From: an uncultured bacterium
Lineage (GTDB): Bacteria; Bacillota_I; Bacilli_A; RFN20; CAG-826
NCBI GenBank assembly: GCA_949283025.1
Contig: CASDRB010000004.1
Span: 24,522 to 88,521, forward strand
Direction: 5' to 3'
Length of the DNA stretch: 64,000 nucleotides
This document shows positions 61,779 to 64,000 of this stretch, one piece after another (the first letter of the stretch is position 1; every line of letters starts with the position of its first letter). The translations under genes were made by a program, and so were the position numbers. The notes under the pieces were generated by a model. The model worked only from the letters and a program-made list of their open reading frames with translations, ran no database searches and was not told where the DNA came from.

Positions 61779-63071
61779 GTGAGAATTATGGATACTTTAC
61801 ACGCTGCATTATTGGTTTTAAATGATATAACAATCAATAAAATGACTTTTCATGAAGCATTGAAAAAAATGTTTTCAAATGATGAAAAAGATGCTAATTT
61901 AACCCCTTCTCAAGTATCTGCTTTTGTTGGATGCGAATTAAGACATCATATTGTTTTTCAAACTATTGCTTCTCAACGTTATCCTAATGCAAGTGAAAAC
62001 GGAAAATTAGCAGTTGGATTAGTTTTGTCTAACGCTTTGTTTTTAAAACGTCTGCCAGACCAAGAATGTTTTGATTTTGTTAAGAGTGTTTTTGAAAATG
62101 ATAATGCGGAATTTGATATTGAAGAATTTATAACTTTTGTCAAAGATAAACAGTCAGGTCAACCTTTAATTGACCCAAATTTAGATAAGATTTCATTCAA
62201 ATTCATTTCTCAACGTTACAATGTTGCTGAATGGATGGCCAAAATGTGGTCGCATCATTTTAATAAGAATACTGCTTTTAAAATTGCAAAAGCAAATTCA
62301 AAAAACCCAACCCAATACTTACGTGTTAACACATTATTAACTAATAAAGAGAAGTTATTGCAGGAATTTAAAGACGAGCTTCAAGATTATCCTACTTTTG
62401 AAGATTTAGTAGTTTATTGTGGAAAAGACGCGGTTCGAAAGAAAAAATATATTTTACAAAATCGTTGCTTTCAAGAAAGCGTTGGGCTAAAAGAATTAAT
62501 TGAAAAATTACCTATTGATCCTTATAAACCCGCCATTATTTATTCTGGGTATTTTAATATCGTTCCTTTAGAACTTGGCGTCAAATTTAAAAATCAATTA
62601 AAGATTGATAATTTAATTACGCCAAATAAAGATTTGTTTTTATTTAAAAACAATTTAAATCGTTATCAAATTAAAAACGTTAATAATATCGAATGCAGTG
62701 TTGAACAAATTGTTACTGCTGTTTCTAATTTAACATCCTTATTTATTGTCATTCCTGAAAACTCTAATTTTGATCGTTTAAGAATTGATCCAGATTATTT
62801 TTTAAATTTTGATCGCGCTTCTTTAGATGGTTTGATTGAAAAACAAAAATCAATTCTTGATGAAGCAAGCAAATATATTGAAGACGAAGGATATTTGGTA
62901 TATTTGGTTCCAACTATCAACAAAAAAGAATGTCAAAATGTCATTTTGGATTTTATTAAAAACCATGATTCTTTTGCTTTGGTTGAAGAAAAACAACATT
63001 TTCCATATGACGCCAGCAATTCTACTTTATATTATGCCATTTTAAAAAAGCAGGTGAACAAGATTGATTAA
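61779..63071 (+). CDS. RsmB/Sun-like protein (NusB-like N-terminus plus methyltransferase fold) lacking the catalytic cysteines
   Basis: Position before rlmN. S..Y....W, LRVNTL, FQE, Q..IL..A......G.LVY motifs. Confidence 0.75.
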   Translation: MRIMDTLHAALLVLNDITINKMTFHEALKKMFSNDEKDANLTPSQVSAFVGCELRHHIVFQTIASQRYPNASENGKLAVGLVLSNALFLKRLPDQECFDFVKSVFENDNAEFDIEEFITFVKDKQSGQPLIDPNLDKISFKFISQRYNVAEWMAKMWSHHFNKNTAFKIAKANSKNPTQYLRVNTLLTNKEKLLQEFKDELQDYPTFEDLVVYCGKDAVRKKKYILQNRCFQESVGLKELIEKLPIDPYKPAIIYSGYFNIVPLELGVKFKNQLKIDNLITPNKDLFLFKNNLNRYQIKNVNNIECSVEQIVTAVSNLTSLFIVIPENSNFDRLRIDPDYFLNFDRASLDGLIEKQKSILDEASKYIEDEGYLVYLVPTINKKECQNVILDFIKNHDSFALVEEKQHFPYDASNSTLYYAILKKQVNKID

Positions 63072-64000
63072 TCTTTATGGATTAGAAATAAAAAAGCTTG
63101 AAGAATTAATGATTCAAGAACAACAAAAAAGATATCGCGCTACTCAGTTGTACATTTGGATGTATGAAAAAAAAGCAAAAACTTTTGATGAGATGAGCGA
63201 TATTTCGTTGCGATTTAGAGAAGTTTTAAAACAAAAATATTGTCTTGATTTACCAAAAATTCACACTAAGCAGGTATCTAGTGATGGTACAGTAAAATTA
63301 TTATTAGAGATGAATGATGGTTCAAAAGTTGAGACTGTTTTAATGCGCTATTCATATGGAAACGTTGCTTGTGTGTCTAGTCAAGTTGGTTGCAATATGG
63401 GATGCGTTTTTTGTGCTTCTGGTTTGTTTAAAAAGACTCGCAATTTAACAACAGCTGAGATGGTGGGGGAAATATTGGTTTTAAACCAGTTATTGGATGA
63501 TGAAGAAAAAGGTAAACACATTACCCATGTTGTTGTTATGGGAACCGGCGAACCTTTTGATAATTATGAAAATGTGATGGATTTTATTAGAATTATTAAC
63601 CATCCCAAAGCTCTAGCTATCGGCGCAAGACATATTACTGTTTCCACTTGCGGTTTACCCGATCAAATTCGTCGCTATGCTAAAGAAGGTCTACAAATCA
63701 ATTTAGCAATTTCTTTGCATGCTCCAAATGATGAAATAAGATCTAAATTAATGAAAATTAATCGTCCTTATCCTTTGGATAAACTTATTCCTGCTGTCAA
63801 GGAGTATGAAAATATTGCTAAAAGAAGAGTTACTTTTGAATATATACTATTAAAAGGAGTTAATGATTCTGTTCAAGATGCTGATCAATTGACAAAATTG
63901 ATTAAAGGCACACTTGCTTATGTCAATTTAATTCCTTATAATCCTGTCATTGAAAATGAATTTCAACGCAGTCCTCATGCAAACGTGCAAGCTTTTTTAG
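63064..64000 (+). CDS. rlmN: 23S rRNA (A2503-C2) / tRNA methyltransferase RlmN; runs off the right edge
   Basis: Manual translation from TTG 63064: ..DGTVK..VETVLM..CVSSQVGCNMGCVFCASG..MGTGEP..ITVSTCG..AISLHA..TFEYILL.GVND..NLIPYNP. Confidence 0.95.
   Translation, partial: MINLYGLEIKKLEELMIQEQQKRYRATQLYIWMYEKKAKTFDEMSDISLRFREVLKQKYCLDLPKIHTKQVSSDGTVKLLLEMNDGSKVETVLMRYSYGNVACVSSQVGCNMGCVFCASGLFKKTRNLTTAEMVGEILVLNQLLDDEEKGKHITHVVVMGTGEPFDNYENVMDFIRIINHPKALAIGARHITVSTCGLPDQIRRYAKEGLQINLAISLHAPNDEIRSKLMKINRPYPLDKLIPAVKEYENIAKRRVTFEYILLKGVNDSVQDADQLTKLIKGTLAYVNLIPYNPVIENEFQRSPHANVQAFL

Overview
A very AT-rich, gene-dense chromosomal segment using genetic code 11 (TGA is a stop, TGG is Trp). Gene content and compact architecture suggest a reduced, anaerobic, low-GC Bacilli/Mollicutes-related lineage; that assignment is inference only. 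Most genes are housekeeping: the F1Fo ATP synthase operon, PPi-type PFK, glpK, addBA, gmk-priA-rsmB-rlmN, trxA and tRNA-Gly. There is one inactivated IS3-family element and no CRISPR, rRNA or prophage. The most interesting part is a nucleotide-supply hub at about 4.8-17.7 kb. It contains a non-canonical ThyX-fold protein in an operon with dCMP deaminase, FolD and a formate channel, which is a candidate new type of thymidylate synthase. It also contains a class III RNR with a fused C-terminal redoxin, followed by a thioredoxin reductase that has lost its NADPH-binding motifs, and a run of surface lipoproteins (CotH-like kinase, 5'-nucleotidase, endonuclease I). Other notable items are an ECF sigma module whose putative anti-sigma and downstream lipoprotein are paralogues sharing a duplicated promoter motif, many apparently leaderless genes, a Na+-type two-carboxylate c subunit, an RsmB lacking both catalytic cysteines, a 2081-aa membrane-anchored orphan and a small candidate structured RNA. 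All family calls come from motif recognition by eye; no database searches were run.
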